From: Macrostomum lignano
Taxonomy: Eukaryota
Direction: 5' to 3'
Assembly (NCBI GenBank): GCA_002269645.1
Contig: NIVC01001186.1
Coordinates: 277,990-341,989 of the forward strand
Length of the DNA stretch: 64,000 nucleotides
In this document: piece by piece, positions 11,601 through 23,600 of the stretch
How positions within the stretch are numbered: the first letter of the stretch is position 1
Layout of the letters: the number at the start of each line of letters is the position of its first letter
Program-made: the position numbers and the translations under genes
Notes under the pieces: generated by a model
The model's input: only the letters and a program-made list of their open reading frames with translations
What the model was told of the DNA's origin: nothing
Databases searched by the model: none

Positions 11601-12612
11601 TATACTTCACTAACAGGGGTCACCTGATCCCTCCCGATTCATATACTTCACTGACAGGGGTCATTGACCCTCCCGATTCATATACTTCACTGACAGGGGT
11701 CACCTGACCCCTCCCGATTCATATAATTCAGACAGGGATCATCTGACTCCCCCCGATTCATATACTTCACTAACAGGGGTCACCTGACCCTTCCCGATTC
11801 ATATACTTCACTGACAGGGGTCATTGACCCTCCCGATTCATATACTTCACTGACAGGGGTCACCTGACCCCTCCCGATTCATATACTTCAGACAGGGATC
11901 ACCTGACCCCTCCCGATTCATATCCTTTACTGACACGGGTCACCTGACCCCTCCCGATTCATATCCTTTACTGACACGGGTCACCTGATCCCTCCCGATT
12001 CAAATCCTTTACTGACACGGGTCACCTGATCCCTCCCGATTCATATCCTTTACTGACACGGGTCACCTGACCCCCCCCCCGATTCATATCCTTTACTGAC
12101 ACGGGTCACCTGATCCCTCCCGATTCAAATCCTTTACTGACACGGGTCACCTGATCCCTCCCGATTCATATCCTTTACTGACACGGGTCACCTGACGATT
12201 CAAATCCATCATCACTGATTCTATTTTCTTACGCTAAGATCATTAATTCACACTGGCAAGGGGCCGGTTACTTGCCCTCTCAACTGATCATGGCATAACT
12301 ATAGTCACAGTGTCATTCCTTAGATTTATGATATCTTGACCCTTGTACATTTACATTTACATAAAGGGGCTCATCTAACTGCTATGATATATACATATAA
12401 TCCTATATTTATATAGAAAAGTCTAATAACATAAGATCCAAAAAATAATCCAACCTTGTCGCAGCTTTTGTAAGCAAAGGTCGTTCGTTGAGCAGTCGGT
12501 CGTACTTTTTAATTAGACTCATAATAGTAGCCATCAAGGACTCATCAGCTTTACCGCCATCGCTTCCGCCTTTCTTGCCCGGGGCTGGGCTATGCGAAGA
12601 TTTGGTGGACAT
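8663..12612 (-). CDS. PXMP2: Peroxisomal membrane protein 2 (Mpv17/PMP22 family), 4 exons, ~207 aa
   Basis: Exons 12455-12612, 10825-11101, 8813-8932, 8663-8731 splice in frame: ...KYDRLLNERPLLTKAATS|GTIFGLGDILSQ...FGFFISGPLIHAFY...IDRLLLAPPY...|...KMNVKIWSLFQFININYVPQK|YRVLF...LLWNIYVAIKRR*. QFININYVP and the YRVLF tail match PXMP2. Confidence 0.92.
9020..10795. repeat. Intronic minisatellite, 15-bp unit (CTATCTACCCAATCC)
   Basis: Tandem repetition filling PXMP2 intron 2. Confidence 0.95.
11220..12200. repeat. Intronic minisatellite, ~40-42 bp unit containing the palindrome GGGTCA-CC-TGACCC
   Basis: Tandem repetition filling PXMP2 intron 1. Confidence 0.93.
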
Positions 12613-12689
12613 AGCAACTGTGTTCAAGAGACTCGGTGAGGACAGCTCATTAACGTACATTGGTGGTGAGGGCGGGTGGAGAGCGAGGT

Positions 12690-13545
12690 AATGAGAGTGT
12701 ACATTGGGGATGAGGGTCGGGGAGAGCCAGTGTACATTGGGGATGAGGGTCGGGGAGAGCCAGTGTACTTTGGGGATGAGGGTCAGGCGAAAGCCAGTGT
12801 ACATTAAGGATGAGGGTCAGGCGAAAGCCAGTGTACATTAAGGATGAGGGTCAGGCGAAAGCCAGTGTACATTAAGGATGAGGGTCAGGCGAAAGCCAGT
12901 GTACATTGGGGATGAGGGTCAGGGGAGAGCCAGTGTACATTGGGGATGAGGGTCGGGGAGAGCCAGTGTACATTGGGGATGAGGGTCGGGGAGAGCCAGT
13001 GTACATTGGGGATGAGGGTCGGGGAGAGCCAGTGTACATTGGGGATGAGGGTCAGGGGAGAGCCAGTGTACATTGGGGATGAGGGTCGGGGAGAGCCAGT
13101 GTACATTGGGGATGAGGATCGGGGAGAGCCAGTGTACATTGGGGATGATGGTCAGGGGAAAGCCAGTGTACATTGGGGATGATGGTCAGCGGAAAGCCAG
13201 TGTACATTGGGGATGATGGTCAGCGGAAAGCCAGTGTACATTGGGGATGATGGTCAGCGGAAAGCCAGTGTATATTGGGGATGATGGTCAGCGGAAAGCC
13301 AGTGTACATTGGGGATGATGGTCAGGGGAAAGCCAGTGTACATTGGGGATGATGGTCAGCGGAAAGCCAGTGTACATTGGGGATGATGGTCAGCGGAAAG
13401 CCAGTGTACATTGGGGATGATGGTCAGCGGAAAGCCAGTGTATATTGGGGATGATGGTCAGCGGAAAGCCAGTGTATATTGGGGATGATGGTCAGCGGAA
13501 AGCCAGTGTACATTGGGGATGATGGTCAGCGGAAAGCCAGTGTAC
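12690..13545. repeat. G-rich minisatellite, 33-34 bp unit (AGCCAGTGTACATTGGGGATGAGGGTCGGGGAG)
   Basis: Tandem repetition just upstream of the PXMP2 start codon. Confidence 0.95.
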
Positions 13546-13939
13546 ACCAGGACAAGACGAACAATTAAAAAGACGGAAATGTATCAATTCTGTAACAACG
13601 TTAAGGATTAATAATTTTTTTATTTAGAATGCATAAATAAAAAATGCAAAAACGATGGGGACATATTCTCGTATATTAAATGAAAATCCATTTTATCGAT
13701 GTTTTTTAAATAACAGTTCAGATAGAATCGCCGTCAGAAGAGCTGTCAGTCACTACAGTGCAAACAAATAAGCAGGTGTTACTCGTTTTACTTAAGAGAG
13801 TTGGGGACTAACAAAAAAGAAGTGGATAACAATTTGAAAGTATTTTATGTCTATTTGTACCAAGGCTAATCTAGAGACTGACAACTAATATAAGCAGAAT
13901 TTTATCCCGTTTAAATAAACTTTATTCAAAACCTATTGT

Positions 13940-14635
13940 TCATCAATCAAGCCATCAAGCACCTGTCAAGCAAGCCATCAATCACCTATCAATCAAGCCA
14001 TCAATCACCTATCAATCAAGCCATTAATCACCTATCAATCAAGCCATCAATCACCTATCAATCAAGCCATTAATCACCTATCAATCAAGCCATCAATCAC
14101 CTATCAATCAAGCCATTAATCACCTATCAATCAAGCCATCAATCACCTATCAATCAAGCCATTAATCACCTATCAATCAAGCCATCAACCATCTATCAAA
14201 CAATACCCATTAATCACCAATCAATCAAGCATCAATCACCTATCAATCAAGCCATCAACCGCCTATCAATCAAGCCATCAACCATCTATCAAACAATACC
14301 CATTAATCACCAATCAATCAAGCATCAATCACCTATCAATCAAGCCATCAACCATCTATCAAACAATACCCATTAATCACCTATCAATCAAGCATCAATC
14401 ACCTATCAATCAAGCCATCAACCGCCTATCAATCAAGCCATCAACCATCTATCAAACAATACCCATTAATCACCAATCAATCAAGCATCAATCACCTATC
14501 AAACAGGCCATCAATCACCTATCAATCGAGCCATCAACCACCTATCAATCAAGCAATAATCACCTATCAAACAAACCATCAACCACCTGTCAATCAAGCC
14601 ATCAATCACCTATCAATCAAGCTATTCATCACCTA
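13940..14635. repeat. Minisatellite, ~23-bp unit (ATCAATCACCTATCAATCAAGCC)
   Basis: Tandem repetition immediately downstream of the DHX36 stop codon. Confidence 0.93.
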
Positions 14636-14647
14636 TCTAGCTAGCGG

Positions 14648-17600
14648 TCACTCGTCACCAGCCAGAAGATCGGCGATGGCATTCAGAATTTGAGCATCGA
14701 AAGCCGTTTGAGAGTCGTTGGCAGCCTCGGCCGACCAGATTTTCAGACAGCGGCCGGGCCTGTGGATCAGATCGGCCAACAGCAGGTCGAGACGGTGGCG
14801 GAGAACCTGAAATGATGTCGGGGGGTGGAATGTGAAGCTTTGATGAGGGGTGGGGGGATAAAACTTTTGTATTTTGCATGCATTATCGAGAACGAGAATA
14901 GATTTTTAAATCAGCGATGGGATCGAATTATTGTTTTAATGTCCTGATATCTTAATCTAAGTGTCCCTGGTGTCCGTGTGTTCCCAGGGTTTTGGTGTCA
15001 TAGTGTCTTAATATTCTAGTATTTTAGTGTCCTCGTGTCTTTATGTCCTAGTGTCTCGATGTCTTAGTGTCCCATTGTCCTAGTGTCTTCATGTTTTAGA
15101 GTCTCAATGGCCTACAGTTACAATGTCTTGGTGTCTCGATGTCCTAGTGTCTCAAAGTCCTAATGTCTAAATTTCTTGGTGTTTTAATGTCCTAGTATTT
15201 TAGTGTCTCCGGAGTCTCAATGTCCTAGTGTCTCGATGTCTTAGTGTCTTTATGTCCTAGTGTCCTTATGTCATGGTGTCTTAATGGCCTAGTATTTTAA
15301 TGCTCTAGTGTCAACGGCTTACTGTCACAATGTCTTGGTGTCACAATGTCCTAGTGTCTCAATGTCCTAGTGTCTCAATGTCCTGGTGTCTCAATGTCCT
15401 AGTGTCTCAATGTCCTGGTGTCTCAATGTCCTAGTGTCTCAATGTCCTAGTGTCTCAATGTCCTGGTGTCTCAATGTCCTGGTGTCTCAATGTCCTAGTG
15501 TCTCAATGTCCTGGTGTCTCAATGTCCTGGTGTCTCAATGTCCTAGTGTCTCAATGTCCTAGTGTCTTAATGTCCTAGTGTCTCAATGTCCTGGTGTCTC
15601 AATGTCCTAGTGTCTCAATGTCCTGGTGTCTCAATGTCCTGGTGTCTCAATGTCCTAGTGTCTCAATGTCCTGGTGTCTCAATGTCCTGGTGTCTCAATG
15701 TCCTGGTGTCACAATGTCCTGGTGTCTCAATGACCTGGTGTCTCAATGTCCTAGTGTCTCAATGTCCTGGTGTCTCAATGTCCTGGTGTCTCAATGTCCT
15801 GGTGTCTCAATGTCCTGGTGTCTCAATGCATAAATGCATAAATTATAGTATTCTAGTGTCCGAGTGTCTCAGTGGTCTCAATGACTGTCTGTCTGCCCGC
15901 CAGCCCGCAGCACGCACCAGCACTGTGGAGAAGGCGGCGGGTGTGGCAGCCAGCCGGATCCAGTCGTCCAGCACGGCCAGTTGAACGCCGCATTCGTGCG
16001 AGTGCCGAGCCTGGGCGCAGCAGAACAGCAGGTGGATCGGCCGGGTCAGGGAGGCGTCAAACAGCGACACTGTGCGCCTGTCGTTCAGCAGGCATTTCTC
16101 AAAGTAGGCCAGCCAGGCCGGCTCTTCAAATCCGCAGGCGACGCTGCCTTGCGGCAGTTCGTAAGACGGCTCGCCGGGTCTGCCGACGGCTTTCTTCGAT
16201 TTGAGGGATTTGCAGCGAACTATATTGGGATAGAGACCGGCGGTGACCACGGCGCGGATCAGTTCTAATCGGTGACTGTTGCGATTCAACAGCGGATGAT
16301 CAGATGTCAACTGAATAGAGGGAGTTGATCGGCTTCGGCGAAGTGTGAGTGGCTTTGCAGATTGGTCAGACCGATTTACAGATTGGTCAAACCGATTTAC
16401 AGATTGGTCTGAACGATTTACAGATTGGTCTGAACGATTTACAGATTGGTCTGAACGATTTACAGATTGGTCAAACCGATTTACAGATTGATCAAAACGA
16501 TTTACAGATTCGTCAGACCGATTTACAGATTGGTCAGACACGGAAGACTCTGATTGAGCTTCTTCGTCGTAGAACTGATCGCTCATGGACATGTACTGGG
16601 CTAGTTGGTCGGTCAGTTGCGCCTTCAATTCCTCGATCGTCTGCAGTACAGTTGGGGACAAATAATTTCGCCTAGCAAAATCGTAGGCGGCATTCAGCCC
16701 TCTGTTGCGCTTGGTCCGATACCAAGCTTTGTAGGCCAACCAGAGCAACAGGTGGTCGGACTCGCAGCCTTCGGCTAATTGCAATTTGCACTGTTTCACT
16801 TCTTGCTCGGCGCCTAGCGGTGTCTCGAATGGCGTGCGATGAGACAGAGAAGCGGCGATGGTCAGCACCGGGTCCAAGCAGGAGAAACAGACCGCCAGCA
16901 GCACCATCTTGGCTAGCTGGCAGGGTAAAGGTAGGCGAGCAATGTGCCTTCCCATTGGCGTGAGCTCCTCGTCGGGTGTCAGGGCGCCGAGCTCCTGGAG
17001 CAGGTGTTGAGCCTGACGTACGTGCTCCTGAGGCGGCGGGTCCGGCATCTGCGCCAGGAACTCGGCGGCGGGTAGGTCCGGGTGGAGCAGCTTTACCTGG
17101 GCGACGGGGATTTGAAGGCTACAAGGTTAAGACTAAGGTTAAGTACGTTTGAAGACTATCACGGACATCCCAGGTAGTCACAGACACCCCAGACTAATCA
17201 CAAACACCTTAAGCTAATCGCAGACACCCCAGGCTAATCACAGATATCCAGGCTAATCAGAGATATCCAGGCTAATCACAGACATCCAGAATAAGCACAG
17301 ACAACCCAGACTTATCACAGACACCCCAGACTAATCACAGACACCCCAGACTAATCACAGACACCCCAGACTAAGCACAGACAACCCAGACTAATCACAG
17401 ACACCCCAGACTAATAACAGACAACCCAGACTAATCACAGACACACCAGACTAATCACAGACACCCCAGACTAATCACAGACACCCCAGACTAAACACAG
17501 ACACCCCAGACTAAACACAGACACCCCAGACTAATCACAGACACCCCAGACTAAGCACAGACACCCCAGACTAATCACAGACACCCCAGACTAATCACAG

Positions 17601-20600
17601 ACACCCCAGGCTAATCACAGACACCCCAGACTAATCACAGACACCCCAGACTAAGCACAGACACCCCAGACTAATCACAGACACCCCAGACTAAACACAG
17701 ACACCCCAGACTAATCACAGACACCCCAGACTAAGCACAGACACCCCAGACTAAGCACAGACACCCCAGACTAAGCACAGACACCCCAGACTAATCACAG
17801 ACACCCCAGACTAAGCACAGACATCCCAGACTAAGCACAGACACCCCAGACTAATGACAGACACCCCAGACTAATCACAGACACCCCAGACTAATCACAG
17901 ACAACCCAGACTAATCACAGACACCCCAGACTAATCACAGACACCCCAGACTAATCACAGACACCCCAGACTAATCACAGACACCCCAGACTAATGACAG
18001 ACACCCCAGACTAAGCACAGACACCCCAGACTAATGACAGACACGCCAGACTAATCACAGACACCCCAGACTAAGCACAGACACCCCAGACTAATGACAG
18101 ACACCCCAGACTAAGCACAGACACCCCAGACTAATCACAGACACCCCAGACTAATCACAGACACCCCAGACTAAGCACAGACACCCCAGACTAAGCACAG
18201 ACACCCCAGACTAATCACAGACAACCCAGACTAATCACAGACAACCCAGACTAATCACAGACACTCCAGACTAATCACAGACAACCCAGACTAATCACAG
18301 ACACCCCAGACTAATCACAGACACCCCAGACTAATCACAGACACTCCAGGCTAAACACAGACACCCCAGACTAAATACAGACACCCCAGACTAAGCACAG
18401 ACACCCCAGACTAATCACAGACACCCCAGACTAATCACAGACACCCCAGACTAATCACAGACAACCCAGACTAATCACAGACACTCCAGGCTAATCACAG
18501 ACACCCCAGACTAATCACAGACACCCCAGACTAATCACAGACACCCCAGACTAATCACAGACACCCCAGACTAATCACAGACACCCCAGACTAATCACAG
18601 ACACCCCAGACTAAGCACAGACACCCCAGACTAATCACAGACACCCCAGACTAAGCACAGACACCCCAGACTAAGCACAGACACCCCAGACTAAGCACAG
18701 ACACCCCAGACTAATCACAGACACCCCAGACTAATCACAGACAACCCAGACTAATCACAGACACCCCAGACTAATCACAGACACCCCAGACTAATCACAG
18801 ACACCCCAGACTAATCACAGACACCCCAGACTAAGCACAGACACCCCAGACTAATCACAGACACCCCAGACTAAGCACAGACACCCCAGACTAAGCACAG
18901 ACACCCCAGGCTAATCACAGACACCCCAGACTAATCACAGACACCCCAGACTAATCACAGACACTCCAGGCTAATCACAGACACTCCAGGCTAATCACAG
19001 ACACCCCAGACTAATCACAGACACCCCAGACTAAACACAGACACCCCAGACTAATCACAGACACCCCAGACTAATCACAGACACCCCAGACTAAGCACAG
19101 ACACCCCAGACTAATGACAGACACCCCAGACTAAGCACAGACACCCCAGACTAATCACAGACACCCCAGGCTAATCACAGACACTCCAGGCTAATCGCAG
19201 ACACCCCAGGCTAATCACAGACACTCCAGACTAATCACAGACACCCCAGACTAAGCACAGACACCCCAGACTAATCACAGACACCCCAGACTAAGCACAG
19301 ACACCCCAGACTAATGACAGACACCCCAGACTAATCACAGACACCCCAGACTAATCACAGACACCCCAGACTAATCACAGACACTCCAGGCTAATCACAG
19401 ACACTCCAGGCTAATCACAGACACCCCAGACTAATCACAGACACCCCAGACTAAACACAGACACCCCAGACTAATCACAGACACCCCAGACTAATCACAG
19501 ACACCCCAGACTAAGCACAGACACCCCAGACTAATGACAGACACCCCAGACTAAGCACAGACACCCCAGACTAATCACAGACACCCCAGGCTAATCACAG
19601 ACACCCAGACTAATCGCACAGACACCCCAGACTAAGCACAGACACCCCAGACTAAGCACAGACACCCCAGACTAAGCACAGACACCCCAGACTAATCACA
19701 GACACCCCAGACTAAGCACAGACACCCAGACTAAGCACAGACACCCCAGACTAATGACAGACACCCCAGACTAATCACAGACACCCCAGACTAATCACAG
19801 ACAACCCAGACTAATCACAGACACCCCAGACTAATCACAGACACCCCAGACTAATCACAGACACCCCAGACTAATCACAGACACCCCAGACTAATGACAG
19901 ACACCCCAGACTAAGCACAGACACCCCAGACTAATGACAGACACCCAGACTAATCACAGACACCCCAGACTAAGCACAGACACCCCAGACTAATGACAGA
20001 CACCCCAGACTAATCACAGACACCCCAGACTAATCACAGACACCCCAGACTAATCACAGACACCCCAGACTAAGCACAGACACCCCAGACTAATCACAGA
20101 CACCCCAGACTAATCACAGACAACCCAGACTAATCACAGACAACCCAGACTAATCACAGACACCCAGACTAATCACAGACACCCAGACTAATCACAGACA
20201 CCCCAGACTAATCACAGACACCCCAGACTAATCACAGACACCCAGACTAAACACAGACACCCCAGACTAAACAGACACCCCAGACTAATCACAGACACCC
20301 CAGACTAATCACAGACACCCCAGACTAATCACAGACACCCCAGACTAATCACAGACAACCCAGACTAATCACAGACACCCAGACTAATCACAGACACCCC
20401 AGACTAATCACAGACACCCCAGACTAATCACAGACACCCCAGACTAATCACAGACACCCCAGACTAATCACAGACACCCCAGACTAATCACAGACACCCC
20501 AGACTAAGCACAGACACCCCAGACTAATCACAGACACCCCAGACTAAGCACAGACACCCCAGACTAAGCACAGACACCCCAGACTAATCACAGACACCCC

Positions 20601-23600
20601 AGACTAATCACAGACACCCCAGACTAATCACAGACACCCAGACTAATCACAGACACCCCAGACTAATCACAGACACCCCAGACTAATCACAGACACCCCA
20701 GACTAATCACAGACACCCCAGACTAAGCACAGACACCCCAGACTAATCACAGACACCCCAGACTAAGCACAGACACCCCAGACTAATCACAGACACCCCA
20801 GGCTAATCACAGACACCCCAGACTAATCACAGACACCCCAGACTAATCACAGACACTCCAGGCTAATCACAGACACCCAGACTAATCACAGACACCCCAG
20901 ACTAATCACAGACACCCCAGACTAAACACAGACACCCCAGACTAATCACAGACACCCCAGACTAATCACAGACACCCCAGACTAAGCACAGACACCCCAG
21001 ACTAATGACAGACACCCCAGACTAAGCACAGACACCCCAGGCTAATCACAGACACTCCAGGCTAATCGCAGACACCCCAGGCTAATCACAGACACTCCAG
21101 GCTAATCACAGACACCCCAGACTAAACTCAGACACCCTGTCTAATAACAAACATTTTAAAATGATTTACCTGCAACAGGAAATCCTCCAGACTCAATCTG
21201 AGCACTTCCGGCGGTAACCTATGCGGCATTCTGGATTCGGCAAATTTCGAATACAATCGATAGCAGACGCCAGGCTGCACTCGACCAGCTCGACCTTCGC
21301 GTTGTCGAGCATTGTCCAGACTGATGGGACTGGCTGACAGGCTGTCGGACATGGCCAAATGATGATAGCCGGACAGCTTAGCAAAGCCGGTGTCAATCAC
21401 GTACACAACGTCGTCAATGGTGAGGGAAGTCTCAGCAATATTAGTAGCCAATACTACCTTTCTTTTGCCGGCTGGTGCAGGTAGGAATACCTGGCGCTGA
21501 TCCCGGCTGGGCAGACGAGAGTGCAGAGGCAGTACGTGACAACCATTGGTGCAGGCGGAGTCGGAGTTCTGCCCGATTTTAATTGTTGGTTCATAAATAA
21601 TATCATTTGGTTTTTTTATTGCGTCCTGACTAATTTTTATAGCTAAAAACTAGAATTTCTACTACAAGTAGCGCAGTTAATACGTGCCTAGTATTAAAAA
21701 TATTTTCCTACTTAATTTTTTTAATTTGAGCTTAGGAGCAGTTGACTTAATCCAGAGTGGCAGAGCGCTGCACTCAAAACAACTGCTGCCTTTAGTCTAT
21801 GGCCCAAATGCTTAACTAGTGAGTAGTAATTGAAAATTACGTACATATACTCCAATTTTCAATTGCAAAACAAGTAGTAAGGTACCTGTCAGAAATTATG
21901 TACCACATTTTCCCATTACGAATCAAATAGTAAGGTACCGAACCAGCTGGAACAGGGTATTCTACAGGAATTCCCAATACACAGTAGGGAGGGGGGGACA
22001 CGCTTGCTATCTGGGGGCCCGGGGTGCTTACTATCTGGGGGTGCTTGCTATCTGGGGTATGCTTGCTATCTGCGGGATGCTTGCTATCTGGGGGATGCTT
22101 GCTATCTGGGGGATGCTTGCTATCTGGGAGATGCTTGCTGTCTGGGGGATGCTTGCTGTCTGGGGGATGCTTGCTGTCTGGGGGATGCTTGCTATCTGGG
22201 GGTGCTTGCCATTTGGGGGGATGCTTGCGGTCGTGAAGATGCTTTCTATTTAGGGGGAATGCCTGCTATCTTTGTGAAGGCTTTTTATGTTGTGGTTTTG
22301 TTACATTTAGAAAAAAAAGAGATTCATAGAAAGCATCTTGGTCCGTGACAATTTTACTGGAATAAGGTGATTATAAAGCTGAAGAAGGAATTGGTTGCTA
22401 AAATGTTCTGTTTTAATGGATTTGCATGACTAATTTTTGCTCCTTGCTCCTCCCAAGTGTCCCGAAGGGGGGCACTAGATTGCTAGTCCATATACTAAAA
22501 TCGGATACTACAAATGATAGAAAAAATCACAGAATATTTGATTACCAGCAGCGTAATTAAATCCTTAATCTGCTTCATTCCGGGCACAAAGACTAGCACA
22601 GCCCCAGCCGGCTGTGTCCTATGCACGTAACTAATCATGTGAGCCACCAGTTCCACGGGCGGCTCCTCGCAGCCCATAGCAACCAGCAGATCCGCATGGC
22701 TGGATGACAATTGAAACTTCTTCACAGCCTCATTGGCAGCCAATCGGAGCTCGCGTTCCCGCTCAGCCAATCGGGATCGAGCTTCGCGCGGAGCGATCCG
22801 ATCAGACCTCAGCCGATTCTGCATTGCCTGCCGATTCTTATTGGCCAGGCTGGTCAAACTGGAGCCCGATTTTGAGAAGAATTCAAAATTTGACTCGCTA
22901 AGGCACTGTTCCAGAGAGCGAACTTTAACCGGGTACAGGCGGCCTTCAACTGACGCGCTTTCGCTTGACGGCCCGAAGTAGCGGCAGAACTGTTCGGCGT
23001 CTAGCGTGGCAGACATGAGCACGAGTTTGAGATCTGGTCGGCTAGGCAAGATTGTTCTCTTTAATTCAGCGAGCAGTAAGTCCGTTTCCGCGCTGCGCTC
23101 GTGTACCTGACAAGTTTGACGAGTCAACAGGTGTACAGGGGTACATGCACTGGAATAATGGGCCGGATGTGCTCAGGCGCAACTATGTCAGAGTCAAATC
23201 TCATTTCAGTCTTGAGTCCGACGCTCTAACCAACTAGATAATATACTCGTACAATATGAAAGAATTTCACGTCACCTCGTCAACAATCAGATGGCTGACG
23301 CTGGCCAGTGACGGGTCGCTTTCCAGCCATCGCAGCAGAATGCCAACGGTGCAGTACACGATTGAGCCCGCCAGGCGCTGCGGCATCTTGCGCTCCAGAC
23401 GAACCTTTGACGGAAGAATTGGTGAGATTGGAGACATGATTAAAGTGGCGATATAAATGGCCACAGCTGAGGATCTGGGAGGCTGGCCCAGCAGCTGAGG
23501 ATCTGGGAGGCTGGCCCAGCATCTGAGGATCAGGGAGGCTGGCCCAGCAACTGACACTCTGGGAGGCTGGCCCAGCAACTGAGGATCTGGGAGGCTGGCC

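Noticed and set aside
15872-16675. Plus-strand ORFs overlapping DHX36
   Set aside because: Antisense shadows of a GC-rich coding exon. The same applies to minus-strand ORFs over the transposase (33391-35241) and the lectins (45596-46216, 53475-53708).
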